Assembly (NCBI GenBank): GCA_002449785.1 | Contig: DJXP01000019.1 | Location: forward strand, 102,676 to 166,675 | Direction of reading: 5' to 3' | Length of the DNA stretch: 64,000 nucleotides | Origin: Clostridiales bacterium UBA7001 | Lineage (GTDB): Bacteria > Bacillota > Clostridia > TANB77 > CAG-508 | Shown here: positions 9,441 to 19,008 of the stretch, piece after piece | Layout of the letters: every line of letters starts with the position of its first letter | Position numbering within the stretch: the first letter of the stretch is position 1 | Position numbers and translations under genes: made by a program | The notes under the pieces: model-generated | Database searches by the model: none | What the model was told of the DNA's origin: nothing | What the model saw: the letters and a program-made list of their open reading frames with translations, nothing else

Positions 9441-10604
9441 TTATTGATGTATTTTCAAAATTTGTTCACTAAACCATACTGATGGATAACCAACATGTGG
9501 AATATATTGTTTTGCTATTCCTACAATTTGTGCTTCTGATACAGGAGAGTCTTCACTTTCATTTGCATCTCCTTTTGTTATAAATGTATATTCACCATTT
9601 GACGATTTACTAATATCTACAATTCTGTGAACAATACTTATGTTATCTATTTTATATTCTACAACATCTCCAATACATAAATTTCTTAAATCTTCATGTT
9701 TTAATTTTTTTACTATAACTACATCTCCTCTTTTAACATTAGGAAACATACTATTCGAAAGGAGTGCAACAGGTTTTAATGGAAGAAGACCTGCTACAAA
9801 AAAAGTAAAAAGCATAACAAAAACCACAGATGGTATTGATTTTTTTGGATCATCTCTTTTTATTTCTTTTCTTGTAAATCTCTCTACAAATATTTTATAT
9901 TCATAATTTGCAAAATAATAAACTATAATTACTAATGCAGATATATAAGATACTTTTATAAACCAGTCCATATTTGGGACAATTGGAACAAATATATCAG
10001 AACATTTTAAAGGAAGTAAAAACATAAGTGATAAAACATATGAACCTTTTTTTACTAGAAATGTACATAATACACTTTCAATTATTAGAGGATAAATTGT
10101 TCCAGCTACATATTCAAATGCAACACTTCCTGTTGAAAAATAACTAGATAAACTAGAATAGTTTATACTTGATAATATTAATGCAACAGTAATTAGAAAA
10201 TATATAAAATTATTACGAGTATTATTTGTAATTCTTGACCTTGTATATTCTTGAAATGGTATTATTGCTATAAATGTTATAAAATTAACAATTATGTTTT
10301 TAAATGAATTTGTATAAACATTTTGAGCAAATCCCAAAAATAAACCTGAAACATAATATAATATTAAATACATAGAAATAATAATAAAAACAGTTTTAAA
10401 AGTTTCTTTTTTTGATTTAAAATTATTATGTTGATTTTCTAAGTTTTGAGAAAAAAAGGCAATAATTATCCACAAAACTAAGTTTAATATTGAAGCATAA
10501 TCAGGAAAAAATTTTGGAATAATGAGTATTTCTATAAACAATGCTAAAATAATAAGCAAAGTTATAATTACTTTAAATTTACTTTCTTTCTCAAAAGTTT
10601 CCAT
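9441..10604 (-). CDS. SipW-type (archaeal/ER-type S26) signal peptidase I fused to a roughly 270-aa polytopic N-terminal domain
   Basis: The C-terminal region aligns by eye with B. subtilis SipW: 'LLSNSMFPNVKRGDVVIVKK', 'VHRIVDI', 'TKGDANESEDSPVS'. The N-terminal part has about eight hydrophobic helices. Confidence 0.8.
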   Translation of the reverse strand: METFEKESKFKVIITLLIILALFIEILIIPKFFPDYASILNLVLWIIIAFFSQNLENQHNNFKSKKETFKTVFIIISMYLILYYVSGLFLGFAQNVYTNSFKNIIVNFITFIAIIPFQEYTRSRITNNTRNNFIYFLITVALILSSINYSSLSSYFSTGSVAFEYVAGTIYPLIIESVLCTFLVKKGSYVLSLMFLLPLKCSDIFVPIVPNMDWFIKVSYISALVIIVYYFANYEYKIFVERFTRKEIKRDDPKKSIPSVVFVMLFTFFVAGLLPLKPVALLSNSMFPNVKRGDVVIVKKLKHEDLRNLCIGDVVEYKIDNISIVHRIVDISKSSNGEYTFITKGDANESEDSPVSEAQIVGIAKQYIPHVGYPSVWFSEQILKIHQ

Positions 10605-10608
10605 TTAA

Positions 10609-11862
10609 TTACCTTTCATCATTTTCATTTGTAACTGTATTAGTATTGCTTGTGTTTTCTACATCTTTTTCATTATCTATAATAGTGTTTGTTTCAGTAT
10701 TTATAGTTGTATTAGTTACTATTTCATTTTGTATAGAATTTTGATTAATTACATTTTCACTATTTTCTGTAATAGTATTTGTATCAGGATTATTAACAGT
10801 ATTAGTAGTATTTGTATTTATTTCTTTTTCTATATTATCTATTTCATTAGTTATTGGATTTTCTTTTATTTCAGTAGGTTCAGTTTGTGTATTTGTAGAT
10901 TCTCCATTTACATTTGTATATGATATATTATTAATAGTCATACCGTTAAAAGAACCATATGTTTTTAATCCTGTAACAATGTATCCTTTATATGATAGTT
11001 GATTAATTACATCATTACTTAAAAATGATGCGCCACTTTCATTGTTTTCTAAAATATTAATTGTTGATGAGTACAAATTTGATTGATTCCTCTCTTTATA
11101 TGATACATCAAACTTAATATTTGTAACATCTGTACCTGTATTATTTACAATAAATATATACATAGTTGTGCTATATAAATTATCAGCAACTAAAATGGTA
11201 TCATAACATATTTGAATAGCAAATGTATCTGACGAATTAATGTCAAATAATACAGGTTCATTTGAAGAATTTGACCTCGTATTTAAATTAGATTTTGTAA
11301 ATCTTGCACCATTTGCAGATGGAGTATAATATGCTTTTGGGTCGCCAAATGAAAAATTATTTGTAAATATATTTACATTAAAAAACACATAAACAGTTTT
11401 AGTTTCTCCAGGTGCTAAAGTGTCTGATCCTTTAACAATAACAGTTCCATTTGAATATGTGGCTGAATCATATGCATTTTCTGAATTCAAATATGCACTA
11501 AGTCTATTATCATTTGGTTTGGTTGCAACTTGACGATTTGAAGTAAATTCTATTGTCCAATTATTTATTGTCTTAGAGAGACTATTTTGAATTGTTATTC
11601 CAACAACCTTATAACCACTAATAGGAAATCCAAAAATAGTTTGAGTGTATATTGGATCTATGCTAGTATTGAAATTTGTTACTGTTAAATCTGTTCCTTC
11701 ATCTACATATATTTTAACATTTCCATTTAAAGTTAGTTCTTGGCTTAAAATAGCATAAGAAGTCCCAAAAAGAAACATAGTAATAAAAAATATTACTAAT
11801 ACAAATTTACTATTAATTTTTTTTAGTTTTTTTCTGTTCCTTCTCAAATAGACTCTCCTCAT
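10609..11862 (-). CDS. Secreted beta-rich protein with SipW-cognate-like signal peptide and N/T-rich tail
   Basis: N-terminus 'KKINSKFVLVIFFITMFLFGTSYAILSQELTLNG'. The C-terminal 90 aa are Asn/Thr low-complexity. Confidence 0.6.
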   Translation of the reverse strand: MRRVYLRRNRKKLKKINSKFVLVIFFITMFLFGTSYAILSQELTLNGNVKIYVDEGTDLTVTNFNTSIDPIYTQTIFGFPISGYKVVGITIQNSLSKTINNWTIEFTSNRQVATKPNDNRLSAYLNSENAYDSATYSNGTVIVKGSDTLAPGETKTVYVFFNVNIFTNNFSFGDPKAYYTPSANGARFTKSNLNTRSNSSNEPVLFDINSSDTFAIQICYDTILVADNLYSTTMYIFIVNNTGTDVTNIKFDVSYKERNQSNLYSSTINILENNESGASFLSNDVINQLSYKGYIVTGLKTYGSFNGMTINNISYTNVNGESTNTQTEPTEIKENPITNEIDNIEKEINTNTTNTVNNPDTNTITENSENVINQNSIQNEIVTNTTINTETNTIIDNEKDVENTSNTNTVTNENDER

Positions 11863-11974
11863 TTATATACTATTTTAAAATAACCTAAAAAGATTACCTT
11901 AAAATAATATATATAATTGTTTTTATAAAATAGTTTTAAAAGAGCTACTACCAATAGATAGTAGCTCTAAAATT

Positions 11975-12517
11975 TTAATGTGCTTGTGTATAATCAAATG
12001 TAACTTTAATCTTAGCTTCTTCAGCTTTGTTAGGTAATTCATTCATATCTAAACAATCAATTTTTACTTTGAATTTGTCTGTACCTGAAACATTTCCACC
12101 TTCTGTATAAAGTTCTATTGGCTCTTCAACAGGTGTTACTGTACATTTAATATGCTCTGTTTCTCCTTCAACTTTAGGATCTCCATTTAAAATTGCATGT
12201 AATCTACCATCATTTACAACTTTTATTTCATATTCAATAGATGCACCTGGTGCAAGTACAACAGAAAATTCTCCAGTTAAATTTTGTAAATTAATACTTT
12301 GTTCAAAAACGCCATCATGTTCTTCAGCTGTTGTAGGAGCCATTGTAGGAGTAGGATCAGTAACGAAATGAACATCCCAGTCTTCTAATGATAAAGTTGA
12401 TGCAGTACCATTTAATATTAATGTTTGTGCCATTGTTGCATATCCAACGGCAATAGCAACAATTGCTAAAAGCACAATTATAATTAATAAATTTTTTCTT
12501 TTTTTGCTTTTGTTCAT
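11975..12517 (-). CDS. Small secreted TasA/camelysin-context protein (putative major fibre subunit)
   Basis: N-terminus 'KKRKNLLIIIVLLAIVAIAVGYATMAQTLILNG' is paralogous to the N-terminus of the next gene. It is the first gene of the operon and is followed by a hairpin. Confidence 0.55.
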   Translation of the reverse strand: MNKSKKRKNLLIIIVLLAIVAIAVGYATMAQTLILNGTASTLSLEDWDVHFVTDPTPTMAPTTAEEHDGVFEQSINLQNLTGEFSVVLAPGASIEYEIKVVNDGRLHAILNGDPKVEGETEHIKCTVTPVEEPIELYTEGGNVSGTDKFKVKIDCLDMNELPNKAEEAKIKVTFDYTQAH

Positions 12518-12738
12518 AATAAATTTATTTCCTCCTTTGGATAATTATACAGAAATATTAAATCATATTTAAATAATTGTTTCAACTGTAATTTGCACAA
12601 TTTAATAAAATAATATACTAATGTAATATTAGTTTAATACTGAAATAATAATGTATCAAAAATGTAAAGTGTTCTTAATTGTAAAATTAAAGCAGATAAT
12701 GTAAAATTATGTATAAGTAATATAATCGGAGAAAATAT

Positions 12739-13674
12739 ATGAAAATCACTAAAGATATTTGGATTTTATTAACTGAATATGATGATTTTGGTCAGATTGA
12801 AATTGTGTTATATAAAGACAACGTCAACAACTATAAGCCATATGTATATTATACAAACGGTGAAGATGCTTCTTTAAAGAAAATGGATGAAAATGACTTT
12901 TTATATTTCTTAAAAATTAATATCAAGAAAAATTCTGAATTTAAATTTGCAATAGTAGGCGACGGAGATATTATAAAATATGAAATTTATTTAGGAAATA
13001 ATTCAGATGAATGCTACTTATTAAAAAATGAAAAATACATAGAACCTAAAATAGAAACTAAACTTGAAAAAATAGAAGATATTGAAGAAAACATATTAGG
13101 TTCAATGGAATTAATTGAAAAAGTAGAGGATACTGAAGAAAACATATCAGATTCAGTAGAAATAAATAAAAAAATAGAAGATACAGAAGAAATAGAAAAC
13201 ATAGAAGAACCAGAAGAACCAGAAGATATAAAAAATATAGAAGAAACAGAGAACATAGAAAATATAGAAGAAAAAATAGAAATAATTGATGAAAATTATA
13301 AAGAAAATGTAGATAATTCTAATAAGCAATTATCATTTCAAAGCATAATAGATTTAATAGATAACTTTGATTTTTCTTTTGATGAATATGATAAAAAATC
13401 TGAGAATAATCAAGACACAATTATTAACATAGAAAATCAAAAAGTTGAATATGTTGAAGAAAACACGAATATACTTGAAAGTAAATCTTCAGATGAAGAA
13501 TTTGAAGAAAAATCTCTTATTATTCAATCTGATAAAAGTATTAAGAAAAACACCAAAAAAGGTTTAAGATTTGGATACAAACTAAATAAAAAGATTAAAA
13601 TCACATTAATTAAATTATACAGACTAATGCCTAATTTTATAAAAGGAGATTATAGAAGAAGAATTAATTTGTAA
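12739..13674 (+). CDS. Acidic repeat protein, unknown function
   Basis: The central region (about 13050-13300) is built from degenerate Glu-rich repeats (IEDTEE / NIEE). The C-terminal tail is basic. Confidence 0.5.
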   Translation: MKITKDIWILLTEYDDFGQIEIVLYKDNVNNYKPYVYYTNGEDASLKKMDENDFLYFLKINIKKNSEFKFAIVGDGDIIKYEIYLGNNSDECYLLKNEKYIEPKIETKLEKIEDIEENILGSMELIEKVEDTEENISDSVEINKKIEDTEEIENIEEPEEPEDIKNIEETENIENIEEKIEIIDENYKENVDNSNKQLSFQSIIDLIDNFDFSFDEYDKKSENNQDTIINIENQKVEYVEENTNILESKSSDEEFEEKSLIIQSDKSIKKNTKKGLRFGYKLNKKIKITLIKLYRLMPNFIKGDYRRRINL

Positions 13675-13692
13675 GTAGAAGGAGGTGATTTT

Positions 13693-14514
13693 ATGGAACT
13701 TGCTGAAATAAAAGAAGATGCTAAAAATATGTTACAAGGAAAAAGATTTAATTGTGCGATGGTAGCAGCTACTCCATTGATAATTGAATTTATATATTCT
13801 TTAATATTCCAGAATTTAATTAATGATAAAGGAGTACTTTCAATTATTGTACAAGTCATTAGTATTGTAATCTCTATATTTTTAGCTCTTGGATGTTTAA
13901 GTTATTTTTTAAAAATATCTAGAAACGAAGAAGTTGAATATAGGGAAGTGTTTAGTAAAGGTTCTTTGTTTATTAAAATATTGATAGTTTTAATTTGTAT
14001 ATTATTTGCTTCTAATTTTCCAGTTTTTTTATGGTATATTATTGGTGGATTATACATAGCGTTTCATCCAGGATTATTATTAGCTTTTTCATATCCTATG
14101 TATGTGTATTTTGCTGGAGTTTTATTGTTGAGTATTCTTGGAATAATAAGAGCTTTATCATATTCTATGGTTGAATTTATTATTTTAGATAATCCAGAAA
14201 TTGGAATAATTGAATCAATGACTACTAGTAAAGAGATGATGAAAGGTCATAAATGGGAATACTTTTTGCTTGGAATTAATATTGTTGTAGTACCGGTAAT
14301 TATATTAATTGTTGTACTAATTTTTTTATCTATTCTTAGTAAAGAAATGGTTTTAACTGGTACGCTTCTATTTGCAATTGTTCTTATAGCATTTTTAATT
14401 TATATATATACAAATATTATTCCACAATTATATTTAGCTATTTCAATTTTTTACAATAATTTAATTGAAAAGTCAAAAAATAATAATGTAGAAGAATCTA
14501 TTGAAAATAACTAA
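13693..14514 (+). CDS. DUF975-like integral membrane protein
   Basis: N-terminus 'IKEDAKNMLQGKRFNCAMVA' followed by multiple TM helices, as is typical of DUF975. Confidence 0.5.
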   Translation: MELAEIKEDAKNMLQGKRFNCAMVAATPLIIEFIYSLIFQNLINDKGVLSIIVQVISIVISIFLALGCLSYFLKISRNEEVEYREVFSKGSLFIKILIVLICILFASNFPVFLWYIIGGLYIAFHPGLLLAFSYPMYVYFAGVLLLSILGIIRALSYSMVEFIILDNPEIGIIESMTTSKEMMKGHKWEYFLLGINIVVVPVIILIVVLIFLSILSKEMVLTGTLLFAIVLIAFLIYIYTNIIPQLYLAISIFYNNLIEKSKNNNVEESIENN

Positions 14515-14545
14515 TTAATGATTAGTTTAAATTAATTAAAAGAGC

Positions 14546-16507
14546 TCAACTTTGAGCTCTTTTATATTGCTTTTTATCTTCCGCCACCGCCGGCCACCAC
14601 CACCGGCCACCGCCACCACCTGATGAGAAGCCTCCACCAGATCCTGAGCCAGATGAAAATGAGCTAGCAGCAACTTGAACATTATGAACTGAGATGGCTT
14701 TATTTATAGAATTGTTTACAGTAGATGAAAACATATGATTATTTGCAATGTAAAAACATGAGTAGTTATTTAAGTAGTTTGAATCAGATAATTCAGGATA
14801 TTTAGTCTTTAATTTTTTTAATACTTTTTGAGCGATACCAAATCCAGTTGCGTAAACTAAATATTGTTCCCAAAGTTCTAGTTCTGGTATTTCTCTTTCA
14901 TCTAATAAAGAAAAGTTTTTCATGAAATTTTTTAGTCCACGCCATTTGGCTTTTTCTTCAGTTCCAACTTCTGTATAAATATTTATTTTTCTTTTTAAAT
15001 GAAAAAAATGGAACATAGAATAAAGATATATAAGTATAATAAGCATTATTGCTATAAATAATATATTTCTTGATATTGTTGATAATATCATAAAGAACCA
15101 GCTTATTATGAAAAGATAAATCATAATAAATATTAAACATGTATATGCTCTTGTTTCTAATTTTGCTTTTAATGATTGAATATTAGAGTCTATATATTTG
15201 TAATCTTTTATTAAGTTTGTAGATGAGCTTTTTTTTATGCGATTTATTAAATTATAAAAAGACTCGGCATGACTATCGATATACTTTTCAAATTTTTTTA
15301 TTGAAAATGATTTCCCTATTTTTTCTAAATAACCACCTAAATATCTTTCTCCTTCTGTTAATTGAATTAAATTTGAAGTGCTATTATCATTTAAATTAAG
15401 TAAAATCTCTGTATTATCTTTATTGTTACCAGGTTTTATAGTAATTGCTTTTTTATATGCAAGAGACATAAGTAAAGAAGAAATCATATTTTTATCATCG
15501 ATTTTGTTGTAAGCAAAAATAGTAGCTTCTGCTGGATCCATTTGACTATTAGGTATATCTCTAAAGTATTTAAAATCAAATTTTTCTTTAAATATATTTG
15601 CTTTATTATATTCTTTTTTTAATTTTATAAAATTTTTTAGTGAAAAAAATCCGAAAATTCCAGAAATAATTAGGCTTATAACGAGACCAATTTTTGAGTA
15701 TAATTTAGATATTTCTCTTTGTTTATTAGCTTTATCTGCATTTTTTTGTTCTTCTTGTAGTATATTATCTAAATTATTTATATTTTTAATATTTATTGCA
15801 TTATTTACAATATAAGTTGGAAATACAAGTCTTAGTTCTAAAAAAGTGTTTGTTGGCATGTTTTCTATACTAAAAAAACACGAATTGTTATTAGTTTTGC
15901 GTATTTCTCCATGAAGGGGACCGTGTGCCCAAACTCTAAAATCGTCAATATTTACAACTTCTGAAGGAAGTAATACTGTACCAGTTATTTTGTAGGTATC
16001 TATGCTCCATTGATTTCCAATTACTTGCCAATAAAATTCTGCACAATCATTGTAAACATTTATACAGTCATAAATAGTGTAATTTAATCTAAAAAATCTA
16101 TGTTCATTTCCATTTGCAGAAACGCCCCAAGCAATTTCAAAGTTTCCAGTATCATCATCTGTTGCATGGAAATAGTCTTTATTTTCATGATATTTATATG
16201 CTTCAGAATTTTTAAAGCTTTTAATTTTATTTCCATTTTCATCTAATTCTGTTATAGAAACATCAGCAATTTCTTTAAACTTAGAATTTTTAGTAAATGT
16301 TTTAAATAATGTATTTGTATCATATAATTCTGCATCCCAAATTTCTGTTATTGAAACAGAACCATTATTATTAATTTTTATATTAAAATTTAAGTTATTT
16401 AAGTGCTGACTCATTGCATAAGAAGGGGTAGATAACATTATTCCTAAAAAAACAAATACGATAGTAAAAAATAATTTATATTTTTTCATAGTAGATAATC
16501 CTTTCAT
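14546..16507 (-). CDS. DUF2207-like membrane protein with Gly-rich C-terminus
   Basis: Signal peptide, extracytoplasmic domain, TM segments and a terminal 'GSGSGGGFSSGGGGG' tail. Confidence 0.65.
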   Translation of the reverse strand: MKGLSTMKKYKLFFTIVFVFLGIMLSTPSYAMSQHLNNLNFNIKINNNGSVSITEIWDAELYDTNTLFKTFTKNSKFKEIADVSITELDENGNKIKSFKNSEAYKYHENKDYFHATDDDTGNFEIAWGVSANGNEHRFFRLNYTIYDCINVYNDCAEFYWQVIGNQWSIDTYKITGTVLLPSEVVNIDDFRVWAHGPLHGEIRKTNNNSCFFSIENMPTNTFLELRLVFPTYIVNNAINIKNINNLDNILQEEQKNADKANKQREISKLYSKIGLVISLIISGIFGFFSLKNFIKLKKEYNKANIFKEKFDFKYFRDIPNSQMDPAEATIFAYNKIDDKNMISSLLMSLAYKKAITIKPGNNKDNTEILLNLNDNSTSNLIQLTEGERYLGGYLEKIGKSFSIKKFEKYIDSHAESFYNLINRIKKSSSTNLIKDYKYIDSNIQSLKAKLETRAYTCLIFIMIYLFIISWFFMILSTISRNILFIAIMLIILIYLYSMFHFFHLKRKINIYTEVGTEEKAKWRGLKNFMKNFSLLDEREIPELELWEQYLVYATGFGIAQKVLKKLKTKYPELSDSNYLNNYSCFYIANNHMFSSTVNNSINKAISVHNVQVAASSFSSGSGSGGGFSSGGGGGRWWWPAVAEDKKQYKRAQS

Positions 16508-16795
16508 TCTATTTAAATATAAAATGGAAAATTAAAAAATATACACATATTATATCATAAATTATAATATTTGTATTATATATCTTCATATTTTTAAAAA
16601 TATAAGAAACGTTTACATAACATAAAGAATGTAAATATTTATAATTCTATGTAAATACTGGTAAATCGGCAAAAATACTAGTTAACTTAAATTCATGATG
16701 CTATAATAAATTTATAATAGTATTTTAAGAATATTTTAAATAAAAATTCTTATTTTACAGAAGCAATAGTTTATAAGTGAGGTGATACTAGTATT

Positions 16796-17944
16796 ATGCA
16801 CAAAAAAATTATAACAGCTTTTATGATAGTTATTATATTATTTTTTAAAATAAATCCTATTATTTATGCAAGTAATTCCAATGGATCAGTTAGATATCAA
16901 GTTCATCTGCAGGATAGAGGATGGGTAAATACTGTTTATGATGGAAATGTTGCAGGAACGACAGGAGAAGCTAGAAGAATGGAAGCAATTGCAATTGCAA
17001 TCTCCGGAATTGATGGAAGCTTATCATATAAAGTCCATGTACAAGATTATGGATGGCTAGGAAGTGTAACAGAAGGAATTATTGCTGGAACAACTGGACA
17101 AAGCAAAAGAATGGAAGCCATTATTATCAATTTAGATAATAGTTCATATAATATAAAATATAGAGTACATGTACAAGACTATGGTTGGATGAATTGGGTA
17201 ACAAATGGACAGGTAGCAGGGACAACAGGGCAGAGTAGGAGAATAGAGGCAATACAGATAGCTATAGAGAAGAAAAATAAACAAGAAGCAGTAAATAATG
17301 CTCAATCATCAAATATAAATACTAATATTAATAATGAATATAGTGGAATTGATGTTTCAAAACATCAAGGAAACATCGATTGGAAAAAAGTTAAAAATGC
17401 AGGAATAAATTTTGCAATGATAAGAGGCGGATATAGAGGTTATACAGAAGGTTATATAAATGAAGATATTAAATTTAAAGATAATGTAAAAAATGCATAT
17501 GAAAATGGCATAAAAGTTGGAATTTATTTTTATTCATCAGCTGTTAATGAAATTGAGGCTAGAGAAGAAGCTGAATTTATATTAAATTTAATAAACAAAT
17601 ATAATATAAAAAGTTACATAACATATCCAATTGCAATTGATATTGAAGATTTTGAAGATACAAGAAATTACAGTTTATCTATACAACAAAGAACAAATAT
17701 TGTAAAAACATTTTGTGAAGTTATAAAAAACAATGGATTAAAACCCATGGTATATTCATATACATATTTTTTAGAGACAAAATTAGATATGGATAAATTA
17801 ACTAATTATGATACATGGATAGCAGATTATTATGGAAATACATGGTATAAGAGGAAATATACTATTTGGCAGTATAGTGATAAAGGAAATATTGATGGAA
17901 TAGAAGGTGATGTGGATTTAAATTATTCATATTGCAATTATTAG
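16796..17944 (+). CDS. GH25 muramidase with three N-terminal ChW repeats
   Basis: Three repeats of 'Y(K/R)VH(V/L)QD(Y/R)GW...AGTTG(Q/E)S(K/R)R(M/I)EAI', followed by the GH25 signature 'GIDVSKHQGNIDW'. Signal peptide present. Confidence 0.85.
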   Translation: MHKKIITAFMIVIILFFKINPIIYASNSNGSVRYQVHLQDRGWVNTVYDGNVAGTTGEARRMEAIAIAISGIDGSLSYKVHVQDYGWLGSVTEGIIAGTTGQSKRMEAIIINLDNSSYNIKYRVHVQDYGWMNWVTNGQVAGTTGQSRRIEAIQIAIEKKNKQEAVNNAQSSNINTNINNEYSGIDVSKHQGNIDWKKVKNAGINFAMIRGGYRGYTEGYINEDIKFKDNVKNAYENGIKVGIYFYSSAVNEIEAREEAEFILNLINKYNIKSYITYPIAIDIEDFEDTRNYSLSIQQRTNIVKTFCEVIKNNGLKPMVYSYTYFLETKLDMDKLTNYDTWIADYYGNTWYKRKYTIWQYSDKGNIDGIEGDVDLNYSYCNY

Positions 17945-17954
17945 AGAGACCAAA

Positions 17955-18185
17955 GCAGTTAATTCTTTTTGATTAAATTATTTTAATTTAGTATTGTCCT
18001 GCTAATCAAGTAATTATATATAAATTTTTTCATTTTCCCCATCCTAAAAATTCTAACAAAAGTTCTTTTAGAACTTTTGAGAATTTTTGGACGGTCCCCA
18101 CATGTCATTTCAAAATTTATATATAATTACTTGGCACGGACAAATAAGTAATTTTTAAATAATTTAATCAAAAAGAATTAACTGC
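17955..18185. repeat. About 230-bp long imperfect inverted repeat (MITE-like or structured element)
   Basis: Terminal 29-bp arms GCAGTTAATTCTTTTTGATTAAATTATTT and its reverse complement. Inner 22-bp arms CAAGTAATTATATATAAATTTT. Central palindrome GTTCTTTTAGAAC. Confidence 0.8.
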
Positions 18186-18255
18186 TATTATAATTATTTT
18201 GCTAGTTTTGTAGTTTCTGAAAATATATTGAAAATTTACAGAAAATCAGTAAAAA

Positions 18256-18903
18256 CTACTTTATGTCGATATATTCTTTTATTTTCTCAAATTTTTTTTC
18301 TCCAATTCCACTTATGTTTTTTAAATCTTCAATACTTGAGAATTTGCCATTTTCATTTCTATAATCAATTATTTTCTGTGCTGTTGATTCTCCTATTCCT
18401 GGAATAGAAGTAAGTTCAGTTACATTAGATTTATTTATGTTGATTTTCTTATTAGTATTTTGTGAATTATTATTTCCTTCAATAATATTTTCACCACTTC
18501 CATCTAAAACATATTCTACATTTTTATCATAAATACTAGGAATATATATTTTTTGCCCATCTTCTATTTGATATGCTAAATTAACTTTGCTTAAATCAGC
18601 AATTTCAGTTGGACCTCCTGCAAGAATTATGGCATCTTCAATTCTTGAGCCATATTCTAATTCGATTACTCCAGAGGAATTTACTTGACCAATTATGTAT
18701 ACTTTTATTTTTTCAATTTCAATTTCATTTTCTAAATTGGTATTTGTATTTATTAAATTATCATTATAGTTTGTGTAATTTATGTTATCAGTGTAAATAA
18801 AGTCTTCTGTGCCTTTTTTTACATTTATCAAATTATAAATTACAATAATAATTATTATTAAAATTATTATAATTTCTATTATTATTTTTTGCTTTTTATT
18901 CAT
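18256..18903 (-). CDS. comEA: ComEA family DNA receptor (SLBB domain plus helix-hairpin-helix motifs)
   Basis: N-terminal TM helix, then 'VYIIGQVNSSGVIEL' (SLBB-like) and C-terminal 'LTSIPGIGESTAQKIIDYRNENGKFSSIEDLKNISGIGEKKFEKI'. Confidence 0.85.
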   Translation of the reverse strand: MNKKQKIIIEIIIILIIIIIVIYNLINVKKGTEDFIYTDNINYTNYNDNLINTNTNLENEIEIEKIKVYIIGQVNSSGVIELEYGSRIEDAIILAGGPTEIADLSKVNLAYQIEDGQKIYIPSIYDKNVEYVLDGSGENIIEGNNNSQNTNKKININKSNVTELTSIPGIGESTAQKIIDYRNENGKFSSIEDLKNISGIGEKKFEKIKEYIDIK

Positions 18904-19008
18904 TATATTTTACTCCTTTTATTGATGTTATTAACAATTGTTAATAGTATTGAATTTTGTCTAATTATAAGATATTATATATATAGTTTTTATTTTGTGA
19001 GGAACTAT

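Noticed and set aside
13050-13300. Periodic DNA repeats checked as a possible CRISPR array. The pilin gene array at 37.7-41 kb was checked for the same reason.
   Set aside because: The repeats are in-frame coding repeats or whole-gene paralogs. There is no pattern of constant repeat and unique spacer, and no cas genes.
14578-14650. Sharp GC-rich patch in an AT-rich genome, considered as possible foreign DNA or a repeat
   Set aside because: It encodes the Gly-run C-terminal tail (GSGSGGGFSSGGGGG) that is typical of DUF2207-type proteins. The unusual 'RWWWPAVAED' ending, which runs into the terminator hairpin, might reflect a frameshift, but I cannot establish that.
18889-19008. N-terminal extension of the carboxypeptidase ORF overlapping the comEA start
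   Set aside because: The extension is hydrophobic junk read from the divergent promoter region. The ATG at 19009 yields a normal signal peptide ('MKLRKKILIFVILFIVL').
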